From NCBI GenBank assembly GCA_028534125.1, contig CM052817.1:85128001-85192000 (forward strand): a stretch of 64,000 nucleotides of DNA, read 5' to 3'. Both the position numbers and the translations under genes were made by a program. The DNA is from Lama glama (taxonomy: Eukaryota). The notes beneath the pieces are model-generated. The model was not told where the DNA came from, made no database searches, and saw only the letters and a program-made list of their open reading frames with translations. Of this stretch, positions 23,005 to 37,045 are shown one piece after another (positions within the stretch are counted from its first letter, which is position 1; every line of letters begins with the position of its first letter).

Positions 23005-25625
23005 AGAAGAAACCTGGGTCCTTAGAACATCTGTGAAGATTGACCCACCTAAATTGGGACTGAAACATGCAGAGAAATACAATTTGAAGGGAAACCTGTA
23101 TTTTATATCTTTTTCATAATTATTTTTGATTTACTAAATAATAAAATATAAATGCAAATGGATATGTACATATGCATACCCGTGTATATATACATATGTA
23201 TTTTTAAAATATGCTGGCTCATAGCTTAGTTAATGTGTTTTGTGTTAAATTAAAGGTAGAAGAAACCATGTATTTGTAAAAAAAAAAAAGTGATACGATT
23301 AGGCAAGGGATTATCAAGGAGGGTAGACTTGATTCTTCTTCAAACTAATTAGTTTTTATTACCTTTTTTTAATGGAAAATGCTTGAGTATAGACTCCTCT
23401 GTTATAGGAAACACAAATAGATTAAGAATTACTAACTCTAAAGTTTGTTGACTGTCTCTTTTTCTTTAGTGTTATGCAACCCTCAGATAGAAAAATGATG
23501 CCTTTCTCTAAGTGCCTAGGCTTGATGAAGTTATGGTTAATTGCCTTCTAGATTCCAAATAGAATTTTATTTAAAAGCGTGAAGATAATATACTTGTCTA
23601 AGAATGGCTTAATAACGTTAACTTGAATTTTAGCTCTAACTTTAGATCTCTAAATAAGTATGAATAAGGAATATTAACCATTATAATGACTTGTTTAATT
23701 TTCCTTTTCTTTATATTTTTGAAAAAAATTCTTGTAGTTGGTAAATGTAAACTTTTGTATAGAACTAATTAACGTCAGTGACGTTCATAGTAATAGTTAC
23801 TCAGTTAAACTGTCTTTATCCCAAAATGTTATATAGTGTGTTGGGCTTCCTCCTTTCTAATCCTGCTATTGATTATTAATATGTAACTTACGAGCCTGTG
23901 GGCGAGCCACTCATTAGTCATTCCCAGAGCATCACAATGTCATATACAAAAATAGATGTTACGTTTAGGGTCTTGCTAACTCAGGACTCTTCCTGATGCC
24001 TTATGTTTACAACTTTAAAAGGCAGAATTTGAATTCTGATTTTATAGAGGCCACTGTAAGCACAGTGATCTAAATTTAGGTTTCCAAATTAGTATCATTA
24101 CCAGGAAGCCTGAATGCCCACAAGATGGGCTGGTGACAACTTGATTGTGTTCAGACATTTCACAAATTAGTTGCTGTGTTTGAAAACTTGGCCAAGTGAG
24201 ATTGACACAAGCTTTTCAGGGAACAGTGAGAAAAACAGAAGGCAGATCAAATTTGGGCCTGCCATTCTTTGACAGGCTTGCTTTAACTTTCTCTCCCTGA
24301 AGTTCTTTGTCTTATATTTTCTCTGCCCTGAAATTGTGACACAAACGTTATGACAAGCATGTGAAAATAGCTAGTGACTTATTAATGTCTGCTATGACTT
24401 GAGCATCACAGAACAGCACAGGGTGGCTTCAGTGATCGCCTTTCTTTCCGAATATTTCAGCCAATCTCTTGAGCTGTCCAGAAGTGTCATATTCCTTCAG
24501 TGAAATCAGATCAGCGCATTAATATGCTCCTCTACTTTGAAGCTCATGATTACTTGTTGAAGTAATATTTTGCTTAAACCAACTTTCCCTGAAATATAAG
24601 AATGCAAATTACTCAATTCTTGAAATTCTGTTGCAGGCTCTTTTCCAACACCCAATTTACACATGTATTGAAGTAATGGACACTTTAAAAAACAGGAGTT
24701 TTCATTTGTTTATATTCATCTGAATAGAATTGAAAAGACAATATTGAAACAGAGTTTTTTCTTGTTGTTATGAAGTGGATCTCATAGTTAACAACCTCTT
24801 TACAATACCAAATTTTGAATCTTAAAAAACTCTTTATATTCCATTTTGGGACATGATTGCCTTTTTCTTCTGCCTTTAGTTGCTTTGTTTTGTTTTAATA
24901 AGACTGTCATTTTTGTTGGCTCATACTTGAGTACATATACAAAGGCTGTCCTTGTAGAGCTATAGCTTATTTTGTTTTTCCTTCCTTCAGAAATTGAGAG
25001 CAAGGTATTGTCAGTAACAATAGTAGTACGAACTTTTGAGAACAAGTCTGTCATTGCACACCATGATGGTATTGAATTTAGAAGATAAATGAGAGGAATT
25101 TTGAGGAACAACTTAATATTCCTAGAGCAAAACAATTCTTACTTATCTCCGTAGGAAATAGAAGACAGCAAATAAAATGATATCTTTACCTTCCTTATTT
25201 TTATGTTTTTGACTCTTTTTTTTCAAAAGTGTATCATCTGCCTGATCAAAGTATATATACATTTTGATTCTTACTATTTTTTCTGGTGTAAAATTTTTGT
25301 TCAATATTACTGTTTTTTAACATCTATATTACTATTAGGAATTTTGATTGTACTAATGTGAAATAGGTTAAGAGAGCAAGTCATTTATCCAAGTCTTATG
25401 TTTCACTCAAATTATAATGAAAGAAACTGATAATGTCATGTTTCAAAATATAGTTATTAATAAAAGTAGTAATAATATTTAAATTTATTCTTTTACCATA
25501 CAGAAAGCATTATACTAAATACTTTATATATACTGTTTCTTTTTAGCTTCACAACGAACCCTGACAGAGTTTTATAATTATTCCAATTTTGCAGACAAAC
25601 TGATTATTTCAGAGTTTTAATAATT

Positions 25626-25700
25626 ATATATATGTATGTATATGTGTGTGTGTGTGTATGTATATATGTGTGTGTGTGTATATATATGTATATATATGTA
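25626..25700. repeat. Compound (TA)/(TG) microsatellite
   Basis: Mixed TA and TG dinucleotide run read directly from the sequence. Confidence 0.9.
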
Positions 25701-26098
25701 CACAAGGTGATAGAAGGTTAACATTCCAACTTTACAGAACAACCCAGAATTTATAATCATGTTTATGCCTGCTTGGCACCCATGTGACTCTTAAGCATTT
25801 GAAGACTTTCACTCTCCCTTAAGTATGCCGTATCCTGAAAGTCTGATAACTACTTATTCCAAGCCAAGAAAATAGAATGGATTGACTTCCATGGTAAATA
25901 TGCATTAACACTGACTTAATATCTCTGTAAAGTTTTATATTATGGCTGAAAATAGCTGTGTCTTCTGAAGATGTGATATATCTTAAGCATATTAAGTTCA
26001 CACAACCAAAGATCTGTTGAGACACTGATGAGGGAATCAAATAATACATCCACATATTTTATATCCTGTGAGCCTCCTAATAATCACACATAGTAGGA

Positions 26099-26100
<2 letters not shown>

Positions 26101-26142
<42 letters not shown>
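26101..26142. repeat. (AC)21 microsatellite
   Basis: Perfect dinucleotide run. Confidence 0.98.
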
Positions 26143-26147
<5 letters not shown>

Positions 26148-27205
26148 TTGTAAAGTATAAGAAAACCAGGGTTCTCAGAGATCAGGTTGCTCAGTGCTAA
26201 CACTTTAGCACTTTGATGATGGAGAACCTCAGATTAATATCTTATCCACAAACTGAAATGTTAGCACATTATTTAATATGGTTCTTAATGGTAGTATTTA
26301 ATTAAAACAGAATTACAGAAGAGTGATCAGCATTTAACTGTTCCTAAAATAATGTGCTTTGCTGTGAATATGAATTGAGTCCTTTTGTCCTTTGTATAAA
26401 AACTATTGCACAAAATGAACGTTCACCTTCCATTTGGCAATTTGTTGTGGTTTATTTGCAGCACACCCACACATGGAAGATCATTCTCTCTTTTTATTTT
26501 CTTTAAATGATTGTCATATGCCAATGTTCTGTTGGCTAGCCACCAAAAAATATGTGTGATGACACAAAGAGAATTTCTTAGTCAACCAAAGTTCTGGAGA
26601 CAGATCTGGATTGAGTGACCTTGAACAAGTCTGTTTGTCTAATTACAGAGCTGTGTGAAGTTTAAGTGATCACCACACACACACACACTCTCTCTCTCAA
26701 CTCTGTTCATGGAGCATAGTAAGTACTCGGTAGTGTTTTTATGACAGACCTTACATAAAGACTAGATCATCTCTGTGGTTGGTTTCATAATTGAGACAAA
26801 TTGTTATAATTTGTGCTATCTTACTATTAACACAAACTATCTTTCAAATGAAATACGAAACTGAAAATTCTCATTGGGAAATTAAATACATTAAAAAAGA
26901 GGGTGTAAACATTAGGTAGTAAGATCAGAAATCAGAGTGGCAGAGTTTTAGAGTTACCTCTAAATTATTTTACAGATCATTCATATTTTTCAGTAAGAAG
27001 TTAACTTTAAAATAAAAAGAAAGTACCCTTGCACTGCTGATTTCTGTTTTGGTATCAAGATCTGCCTGCCTTAGTGGACCTGACTCTCAGTATATTTGTC
27101 AAAGTATTTGCTATGCAGTGACCATACACGTATATCCTGGATAGATGTAAGATTTCCATTGACTTGGAAATACCAAAAAAACTTACTATATTCCAGCACT
27201 TCTGT

Positions 27206-27248
27206 GATTTTTTAGAACTATTTCTTAGATTTTTTAGAACTATTTCTT
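27206..27248. repeat. 22-bp tandem duplication
   Basis: GATTTTTTAGAACTATTTCTT(A) present twice. Confidence 0.95.
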
Positions 27249-29054
27249 GTGCTAAAGTTTTGTAAGTTCTTACATGTTTGTATTGCTGTACAGTGTATAA
27301 AAATGTTTACATGAATTACCCATATGATCCTGTAGACAGCTCAGGGTAAAATTTTATACTCTTTTAAAATTTGATGTAACTAACATTCATTAAGAGGCAT
27401 GAAGTGATCCTGTCAGGTCTTGGTAGTAAGTGCGAGGACAAAGCCTAATGCTTTCTGGCTTTATTTTCTGTGTGTCTTATTTATATCTTGCTGCTTCCTA
27501 AAAAGACCTAGAATGTAAATGGGATGCCCAGCAGCCACTTAGAAGTTCAGAATGTTTTAAAGACAAAAACAGGGGCTTTGATTTATGAGTCAATTCTTTG
27601 CTGGTTCTTTATTGGAATTTTCAATGATCCCTGTTTTATTGTGAGATAACATATAACATAAGAACTCTCAGTTCAGTTAGCCAGATGGTGCAGCCAGGAG
27701 ACAGAGGGAAGACCCAAGTAGATTAAGTGTGGAGCTAGAGGCAGGCATATGATTAGAATGCAAAGCCTCCATTTTCCATCCATGTTTCTGATGCTGGGTT
27801 ACTCTCTCCAAATGTTTTACTCAGTTGCCAAAAAAATCTGCATAGAAATAATACTCATTTGTGCTTGCAGCATTCATTAGTTACCCTGCATTTTCTCTGA
27901 ATATCAAATACATGCTCAAGTGAGATGAGATACAAAAGCAGCAGGCAATGCAATCTAATTACCCAAGGAATAATGCCGGTTCAGTGTAGCAACCGAATGG
28001 CTAAACCTCAATGCCTCATATACATGTGTTTCTAATTGCTTATATTTTGGAGTTTGGTTTGGTCATCAGCTTTAAAGAACCTAATGAATTGCTTGAAACA
28101 ACACTTGACTTTTTAAAATTTTACATGTGTTTGTACTTTGAACATAAATCTCATCCATCTTACTCTTAATGTCTCCATTGTAACAATCCTTCGTTGACTT
28201 GTCCTGTGATCCCTTGTACATGACCTCATATTTAATCACTCACACATTCCTTCTTCTTTTACTTCCATATCCTGTTTCCTCCTCTCTATAACTCTAACCA
28301 GCTTAACATTTATTCCTTAAGTGACAGCATGCCTCGACATATTTTTCATTGTTTACTGATTCATTTATTCAGCTGGGCTACAGGGTGTCAGTGAACTGAC
28401 TGCAAGATGACACATGTAATGCTGGCAGGCAAGGCGTGGGAAAAATCGAGGGAATATGGATGGGCATCCTAGATTGTTTAGTTGAGGAGATCTGTGTTAC
28501 TTAATCAATACCCTTTGCTTTAAAATTGCTCCTGGATTTATACACAGTGACACTTTCAGAGCCATATATTTCCATCTGTGCTTATAATTGCAATTTTGAT
28601 TTTTTATTTGGATTATAAACCTGTCCCAGCTGGGTTTTCTTGTGTGGCTTTATTCTCGATGGTTGAAATGAGATCGATTTAGTATTATAACAATATTGCA
28701 GCTTGAAAATTTTTTGCATTCTGCCTCAGGGTAGGTGGCTTCATTTACATTTTTAAAATAAGGTATTAGAGATTATTGATTATAAGTTGTCATGCAGTGC
28801 AGGCTAATTTCATTTGATTCCATATACTGCAAATCTCAGCCTTTCCTCAGTAGATAGTTTAAGTTTACTAAGAAGGTAGTCTTACAATTATTGACATTCA
28901 GCTTCATTTCTAACAATACACTTCTCCGCTCAGTAACTCTACTGGGCACCTTCTAAGTGCCAAACTCTGCTGGCTGCTGAGTTAGTGCAGGTGTTCTAGA
29001 TATCCTTGAGTCAGTAGCAACTTAGTTTATAATTTAACAGTTTGATATTTTTCA

Positions 29055-29434
29055 GTAGTTTTCCAAATAGTCCATTTCTTCTGGGAACTTCAGAATTTCA
29101 CCTCATATCTCTCTTGTCCTTGTCTGGTGTGTGAGACCAGTTCGGTCCAATAAGTTGAAGTACAAGTGTCACCTCAGGTTGAGTTTTTGTTGTTACGAGA
29201 CTAGGCAGTATCTTTTTCTCCCTACTACTGAAACCAGCAGTGCTCTTAAGTAGGTAGGGGCTGTTTCATTGGCCTGGTTCTTAGAGTGAGGACACTGAAA
29301 ATACAGAGGAGAGCCCACAGTTTATAAATGATAGGAATTTGGTGTGAGAAGAGACGACATTTTGTTTTTTAAGTTGCTGAAGTATGGAGGAATGTTGGTT
29401 ACAGCTCTGTAATCTCAGTTATCCTGATTGACAT
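29055..29434 (+). mobile_element. MaLR LTR (MLT1I/J-like)
   Basis: GTGTGAGAAG...TTTTAAGTTGCTGAAGTATGGAGGAATGTTGGTTACAGC...ATCCTGATTGACATA is a typical MLT1 3' end. Confidence 0.6.
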
Positions 29435-32400
29435 AGAAAGAATGCTTTCAAATTGAATTGCAAACTTTATTTCAAAGGTTCCTCATGATGACTGGAAGAC
29501 TTTCTCTCTCCCCTGCTATACTACATGTAATATACATTATATATCAATAACAACATGTATAATCATTCTCTCTAGTTTTTTATACATTGTGCACTTATCT
29601 TTACCACTTAACTATTAATAAATTTCAAGGTAACATGTATTTAGTGAGACCATTGACTTAGGTAAGAATACTATCAATTGTTCCCAGTCCTCCAAAATTA
29701 TAACCATTTTTCAAATAATTCATAAAATAACATTATAAATAAACCAAATACCATTAATTTTCTTATTAAGATATCACTCTCAAGGGAGAATAGATGAATC
29801 ATTGAAATACATCTAAAATATTGATACTTGTGCTTGAGCCCTACTCAAGTTGTGAGTCACAATAGACCTGGACTACGGTATCTAGATGTATCTAGATGTT
29901 TTAAAGTTGGAGGCTTCTTTTCTTCTCCTTATTGAGAAAACTGCTAGTTGCAAAAATGAATATGTGTTCTTCTTGGAACTATTGTGAAAAAGGTAGTGCA
30001 AATATGAATGGAGAGACTTGTGCCCATGCCTGTCAGGCCCTTGCTGGGTATTATATATGCACTATTTCATTTAAGTCTCAAAATTATCCTGAAAATTGAT
30101 ACTATCCCTTCATTGTTTGACATCCCTCAGCTAGTAAATAGAAGACCACAACTGCATGCCATTTCTGACTACTAAAGCTAGCCTCTTTCCACTAGGAGGA
30201 CCTGAATAACAATGATTTGTTATCAAAATAGCATATCTGTCATTTAACCTCAGAGAACTAAGCTTGTCTTTGAATGCACATTTCCAATTTTTTTTAAAAA
30301 ATTTAAGAAAATTAGAAATTTACAACTTCCCGTCTTCATGATACATATATTTTATAATTAAAGCATCTGTTAAAAGTCACTGAGCTAATATCAGCAATAG
30401 CCTCCAGGAGGTAATTTTAAATCACTGAGCAGACAAGTGGTAATGTGCGCTGTGCTCCCTGTCAGCCCAGCTATAAATGACTGTATGTTACTCCTAAACT
30501 TCATAAATTCAAAAAGGAAATTCAGAGCGTCCCTTTTTCACACAACACCCAGCCTTCCTTTGCATAAAAGCAGGAGACTCTAGGGAACCTTATACATTAA
30601 TACCCATATCAGTAAGGGGAATGAAAGTGATTTGGCTACAGCATACAAAATCAGGGATGTCTGAAAGATTCATATTTCTGCCCTATCAGCTGAAAAGCAT
30701 CCAACTCATTTTCCTTCATGCTGTGAATGAGCGTAACTGCAGTGGAGGCTATTCCTATAGCTGTCACCAAATAACTTGTCTCATGGTGTAACCAAGGAAT
30801 GCGACAGAATGTCATACCTCAAAATGAAATTAAAATAAAAATAGAATAAAAATATAAATAAAAGGATGCTTTTATCAACTATAAAACTTGAGTTTTATCC
30901 CCAGGCAGCTTTTAAATCAACCTGGTGAATTCTGAATCATTAGTACCAGAAATAGTATTTGGCTTAAGTTTTCAATACCCTGACTTAATCCCTGCCAGAT
31001 CTTTCTGTACTCATGATGTAGAGTTGTGTATGCTGGAACAGTAAGTGACAAGTGAGTGGGGCTTCTCCCTCCCCCTCACTTTTTCTGGCTTGAGTAGCAT
31101 TGCCATTAACTACATGTAACAAATTATAATAGTGAAACAGAAAGTATCCACTTTTGTTCAGCCTATTTTCTTAGTTTCTTTTAAGTTTCTCTTTAGAAAT
31201 TTATTTAAATAATTAAATCAAGAGATTTTCCATTTTAATGAAACAAAGCTTCCAGAAATGAGACAGTCTAGTCACTTTTCATAGTGTTTTTCTAATGTCA
31301 CTAATTCCCCTGCACGGTAATGGGATTTTGTGTCATTGAGATTCTCTTGAGATTTTTATAATAAATCCATAGACATGATGTTACAATGTCAAATGAAATA
31401 AGCTAGCAAGTCTATGGAGATATATGTCAATGATGCAAATATTTCTAACCTGTAGAAGTTGCAATATGTCAAGATGATGGCAAATAATACCAGAGGATTT
31501 CTGGGGATACTATTTTCTGGAGCAAAAACAGTGCAAAAAAAAAGAATGTCAGTACAGTTCTGTTGAGACAGTGATCTGATTATCTGATTATCCAGGCTAT
31601 AAATAAAAGAAAGATCACTAATGTTTGTGTTCATCCAAGTTATTTTTTCTATATTTGGGGAATTGATAGTTTAATATACCCTATTGCAAAGCACTTAAGA
31701 GCATCTTGTATCTTAAAAGGAAAATTTCTGGTCTCATGAAAGTCCAAACCAAGAGGAAGGGAGATTGTCCTGATTTTAATATCAAGAAGGTTATATTCTT
31801 TTACTCTATGCCTTTTCTGAGTCTGGTTATTATCTACTAAAGCAATCATTAATGTTCTCTGCTTCCATGCTTAAAATTTGGGTGGGGTTCAACTTTGGCA
31901 AAAATCTGAGTGTGACATGGTCAAATGTGTTCATGAAACTTCTGAAGTATGAATTTTAAAAATGATGCATGGCCTTCATTGGAGAAATGGAGGAAAGGGG
32001 GAAAAAGCATCCATGATTTAGTTAATTCCTTAACTAATTCATTGCCTTAAATTTAAGTGTATTTAAGATAATGCTACTAGGAGAGTAACTTGACCCTACT
32101 GGGTAAAAGCAATTTATTATAAATAGTTATTTTGGGTGCCATTCATTTAAGTTTCTGTACAAAGATAGAGTCCAAAATAAAATATTGAAATTCATGATTT
32201 TGAATTATGTAAGCTATTCAGTCATTACTGCTGGAGCACCAGACATAAGGAGTAATTTCCGACAACAACGTTATTAGAGTGATAGTGAAGTGGCCGAGAG
32301 AGCCTGTTCTAGAACAACACTAGAAGAAATAATCAAAATAATATCATAGCCCCTCAGGAGGAAGAGGCGCTTATATACACAAACACATGTACTCAAAGTA

Positions 32401-32719
32401 CTTTCAAGCATGTTTTATCTTTTATCATAATATTCTTGTGATAGAGATAAGGGCAAATATTGTTCTATTTTTGCATGGGGAGGCATGGTAGTTCTTTCTG
32501 ATAATGTATCTAAGTAGAATCATGTAAAATTTGGATACTTATATCTAAAATACCCGAATTTTTACTTTCAAGGTAGTTTGAATATGCACCTAAAGTAAGA
32601 CTACTTTTCTTGAATATTCTACTTCTTTATTAATACTACATTTCTCCACCCACCAAACTGGGATTTAGTTCTAGTTTTTAAATACCCCTATTTGTTATTT
32701 CTTTTATAAAATTCCATTT

Positions 32720-34752
32720 CTAGAAGACTGACACTACAAAATCATGACTTACTATAAAGCTACAGTAACCAAGACAGTGTGATATTGGCAAAAGAATAGA
32801 CAAATAGATGGACAGAATAGGGAACCCAGAAATAGGCCCATATAAATATAATCAGTTGATCTTTGACAAAGGAGCAAAGGCAATGCCATGGAGCAAAGAT
32901 AGTCTTTACAACAAATGGTACAAAAATGACTGAGCATTCACATGCAAAAAATGAATACAGACACAGACCTTACACATTTAACAAAAGTTAACTCAGAATG
33001 AATCACAGACTTAAATGCAAAATGCAGAACTATAAACTCATTGAAGATAACATAGGAGAAAACCTTGATGACTTTGTGTATGACAGTGACATTTTAGCTA
33101 CAACAGCAAAGACATAATTCATAAAAAAAGATAATCTGAACTTCATTAAAATCAAAAACTTCTGCCATGTAAATTATAATATTTAAGAATAAAAAGAAAA
33201 GCCACAGACTGGGAGAAAATATTTGCAAAAGACACACCTAATAAAGGACTGTTATCCCAAATACATAAAGAGCTTTTTAAACTCAACAGTAATGAACACT
33301 TTAAAAACTGGTCAAAAAACTTAATAGACACCACATTAAAGATATGTGGATAACAAGTAAGCACATGATAAAGTGTTCCACATCACATGTCATCAGGGAA
33401 ATGGGAATTAAAATAACAATGAGATACCACTACACACTTAACAGAATGGCAAAAATCCAAAACACTGACACCAAATGCGGGCAAGGAGGAACTCTTCATT
33501 CATTGCTGGTGAGAATAAAAAATGGCATCACCATTTTGGAAGGCAGTTTGGTAGTTTCTTAGAAAACAAAATGTGCACAACACGTGATTGAGCAATTGCA
33601 CTGTGTATTAGTGTTCTAAAGTGAGAAATAACCAATAGAAGATAGATACAGATACAGATAGAGACATATAAGAGGAAATTTATTATTCGAATTGGCTAAT
33701 GTGATTATGAAGGCAAAAAGATCCAAGATCTACAGTTGCAAGCTGGAGAATCAAGAAAACTGGTGGTGTAATTCATCCCAAATCCAAAGGACTGAGAACC
33801 AGAACTCTGATGACAGGGCAAGAGATGGGTGTTTCAGTTCAGAGAGAATTTACTCTTTATCCACCTTTTTGATCTGTTCAGACCCTCAAGAGATTATGTG
33901 ATGTCTCCTGCATTGGTGAAAGGGATCTTGTTTCCTTAGTCTACAGATTCAAATGCTAATCTCCTCCAGAGACACCCTCACAGACACACTCAGAAATGAT
34001 GTTTTACTAGCTATCTGGACATCTTTTAACCCAATCAACTTGACAGTTACAATTAATCATCATACACTCCTTGATATTTACCCAAAAGTATTAAAAACTT
34101 ACATCCACACAAAAACCTGTACATGGATGTTTTTAGCAGTCTTATTCATAATTGCCAAAACTTGGAAGCAACCAAGCTGTCCTTCAGTTAGGTGAATAGA
34201 TAAATTTTGGTACACTTAGACAATTGAATATTATTAAGTGCTAAAAAAAAATGAGCTTTCAAGCCTTGAAAAGACATGGATGAAACTTGAGTGTATATTA
34301 CTGAGTGAAAGAAACCAATCTGAAAAGTTTATGTACTCTATAATATTCTTAAACAGACAAAACTAAGGGGACAGTAAAAAGTTAAGTGGTTGCTAGGGCT
34401 TAGGAAAGAGTGAAAATTGAATAGGTGGAGCACATAGGATTTTTAAGGCAGTGAAACTATTCCATATGATACTGTAATGATGAATTCATGTCATTATATA
34501 TTTGTCCAGGCCAATAGAATGTCCAGTACCAAGGGTGAATGCTAATGTGAACTATGAACTTTGGATTATAATGATGTGTCAGTGTAAGGTCATCAATTGT
34601 AGTAAATGTACCACTTTGGTGGGGGCTGTTGATAATGGGAGAGGTTAGGAATGATTGAATGAAAGGAGTGAATGGGAAATCTCTGTACTTTCTGCCCAGT
34701 ATTGCTCTCAACCTAAAACTGCTCTAAAAAATAAAGTCTGTTATTTAAAAAA
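32720..34752 (+). mobile_element. Old LINE-1 (L1MB/L1MC-type) ORF2 3' end and 3' UTR, split by MLT2
   Basis: YYKATVTKTV..WQKNRQID-type ORF2 remnants. The L1 resumes at 34065 (CACTCCTTGATATTTACCCA) and the 3' UTR ends CTAAAAAATAAAGTCTG. Confidence 0.9.
33604..34064 (-). mobile_element. MLT2 (ERVL) solo LTR inserted in L1
   Basis: TGTATTAG...ACCAATAGAAGATAG...AATTAATCATCATA; 5-bp TSD CACTG (33599-33603) and CACTC (34065-34069). Confidence 0.88.
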
Positions 34753-35231
34753 TTATATTTCTGGTAATTTGCCTGCTGTAAACTAGTACAGATTTATTTT
34801 TATTCAGTATTTATGTTCCAGGTAATTTTACTTCTTATAATGATGCTCTTTAAAAAGAAGTTATAAACCCTGTTTTATAGGTATGAAATCTAAGACTTGG
34901 AGACGATGAGTAAATTGCCAAAGTCAAGTGGGCATAATTGAGAATATTCAAGGTATGAGTCGTGTGTGTATTGGGCTCCAGAGTCTGTGCCCTTAAAGGA
35001 GCCTTATTGCTTCATCCATTCATCCAACTGTCCATCCAGAAAACATTTTTAGTGAGGAAAACATTTACTCAACCTTCCATTATTAATAGTGCTTTGTTCA
35101 GGGTATGAACAAACAGTTCCTGGACTTTCTGTCTTCTTTCTACTGCTTATCAAGCTGTGCCATATATTTTGGACTGGGATTAAGAATAAGAGAACTGATT
35201 ATGTCTTCTGTAGAATTTTTATATTAAGAGT

Positions 35232-35740
35232 AAATAACGCCATTTGCACCAACATGGATGGACCTGGAGATTGCTATTCTAAGCCAGAAAGAGAAAAAAA
35301 TACCATATGATACCACTTACATGTGGAATCTTAAAAAAAAAAAAAAAGACCAAACAAATGAACTTATTTACAAAACAGAAACAAAAAAAGACAAGACAAA
35401 TGAACTTATTTACAAAACAGACATAGAAAAACAGTGTATGGTTACCATACCAAAAGGGTGGGAAGGGATAAATTAGGAGTTCTAGATTTGCAGATACTAA
35501 CTAACTAACATATATATATAATAAACATGTTTATACTGTATAGCACAGGAAACTATATTCATTATCTTGTAGTAATGTATGGTGAAAAAAATACGAAAAC
35601 GAGTATATATATGGCCATGTATGACTGAAGTATTGTGCTGTGCACTAGAAAATGACACAATATTGTAAACTGACAATACTTCCATAAAATATATAATATA
35701 TATACATATACTTCCATAAAATATATATATATACAAAAAA
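35232..35740 (+). mobile_element. 5'-truncated cetartiodactyl-type LINE-1 3' end with internal tandem duplications
   Basis: CCATTTGCACCAACATGGATGGACCTGGAG...GACACAATATTGTAAACTGACAATACTTC; TSD-like AAGAGT at 35226 and 35741. Confidence 0.85.
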
Positions 35741-36874
35741 AAGAGTTAACCCATATAAACCTACATAAATGCAGGTGGATTGTTAGGCCATGATACAGTA
35801 TCATTTCTTATTCTACCTTATAATTTTCCTTAAGTTTTTATTGTCTTGAATAGGAGGGTTAGCCTGGACTTACGCATTTGTAAATGAAATTTTTTTCTAA
35901 TAAAAATATTTTGATATTTAAACTATCATATCTGTACTTTACCTTAATGTTGAATCAGTTGGTTTCTTGTTTTGAGTAAAAGTATATTAGCCTTTGTTTC
36001 CAACATGTGCTATTTCATGGGAAAGGGTTCTTTTAAACAAAGCAATGAGTCATTTTAAGAAAAAAGATGGTTCATATACATAATTTTTCTCTGTGTTAAT
36101 CAACTTTTTGTTCTCCATAAATCCAAGTTAATAGGAGTAGTACTCAAAGCAGATAGATGATTTTAAGATTTATATAGAAATATTTTATGGAAATTGATAG
36201 ATACTGCAACTGCTCTCGTTTTATGGGATGATGCTTTATAGGATTTCATGAGAGCTTATTAGGAACAGAAGGCAAATATAAATGTAGAGTGTATATAGAA
36301 ATTTTGTTTGCAAAGAATTGAGTAAAATTTTACAGTCATGTTTTGTTTACATAAAGTCAAAACAAAACTAAAGGCACTGCCTCATGACTCCATTAAAATT
36401 TTGAATTAGACTTTACGTTTTTGGAGCTTTACTCAGGATTTTAAATTTCAATAACTGATCAAATAACTATATATATTTTTTATATTTGACAAATCATTAC
36501 TTGCTGATATTGATGGTATTTCTAATAATTAATATTATTTTGTAGCTACTGCAAAGTATTAAACCTGTCATTTTTTTGAAAGGACATATTTTGTATGAAT
36601 CTGTCTTAACATTTTTTTTGAGGAAAATCAGTAACTATCTAATCACCCATTCATAACCCTAGTACTTATCTAAAACTATAATTTTTATAATAGCTATTTT
36701 CAGAAAATCCTACAAGTCAATCTGACCTCATTGCTTTTGTTTCCTAGTATCTAAGCAGCCTCTTCCCTTTTCCAGAAAGCTTCCTGCTGTTGCTTCCAGA
36801 TCTCTTACTAGGTTGGTCTTTAGACTCCCCTTCTCTAACTTGTCTGCTCCTTTTCCACAAGAAATGTATTTTGT

Positions 36875-37045
36875 TTTAGCCTGTTCCAGGAGTGGGGCCC
36901 AATGCAAAATCTAATATAGGCCCCTTATTAGAAATTATTAATAATTGCACAATGGTGGCAGTAGAAAATTAAGCCAAGTGCAGAGCCCTTCTAAGCATGG
37001 GGCCCTGTGCACCACACATATTATGGACTCATGAAACTGGCCTTG
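36875..37045 (-). mobile_element. hAT DNA transposon, MER45A-like
   Basis: Reverse complement CAAGGCCAGTTTCATG...GCACAGGGCCCCATGCTTAGAAGGGCTCTGCACTTGGCTTAAT...TTTTGCATTGGGCCCC. Confidence 0.75.

Noticed and set aside
29878..29899. Short 9-10 bp tandem duplications (also about 16287 and 19850)
   Set aside because: Ordinary slippage duplications.
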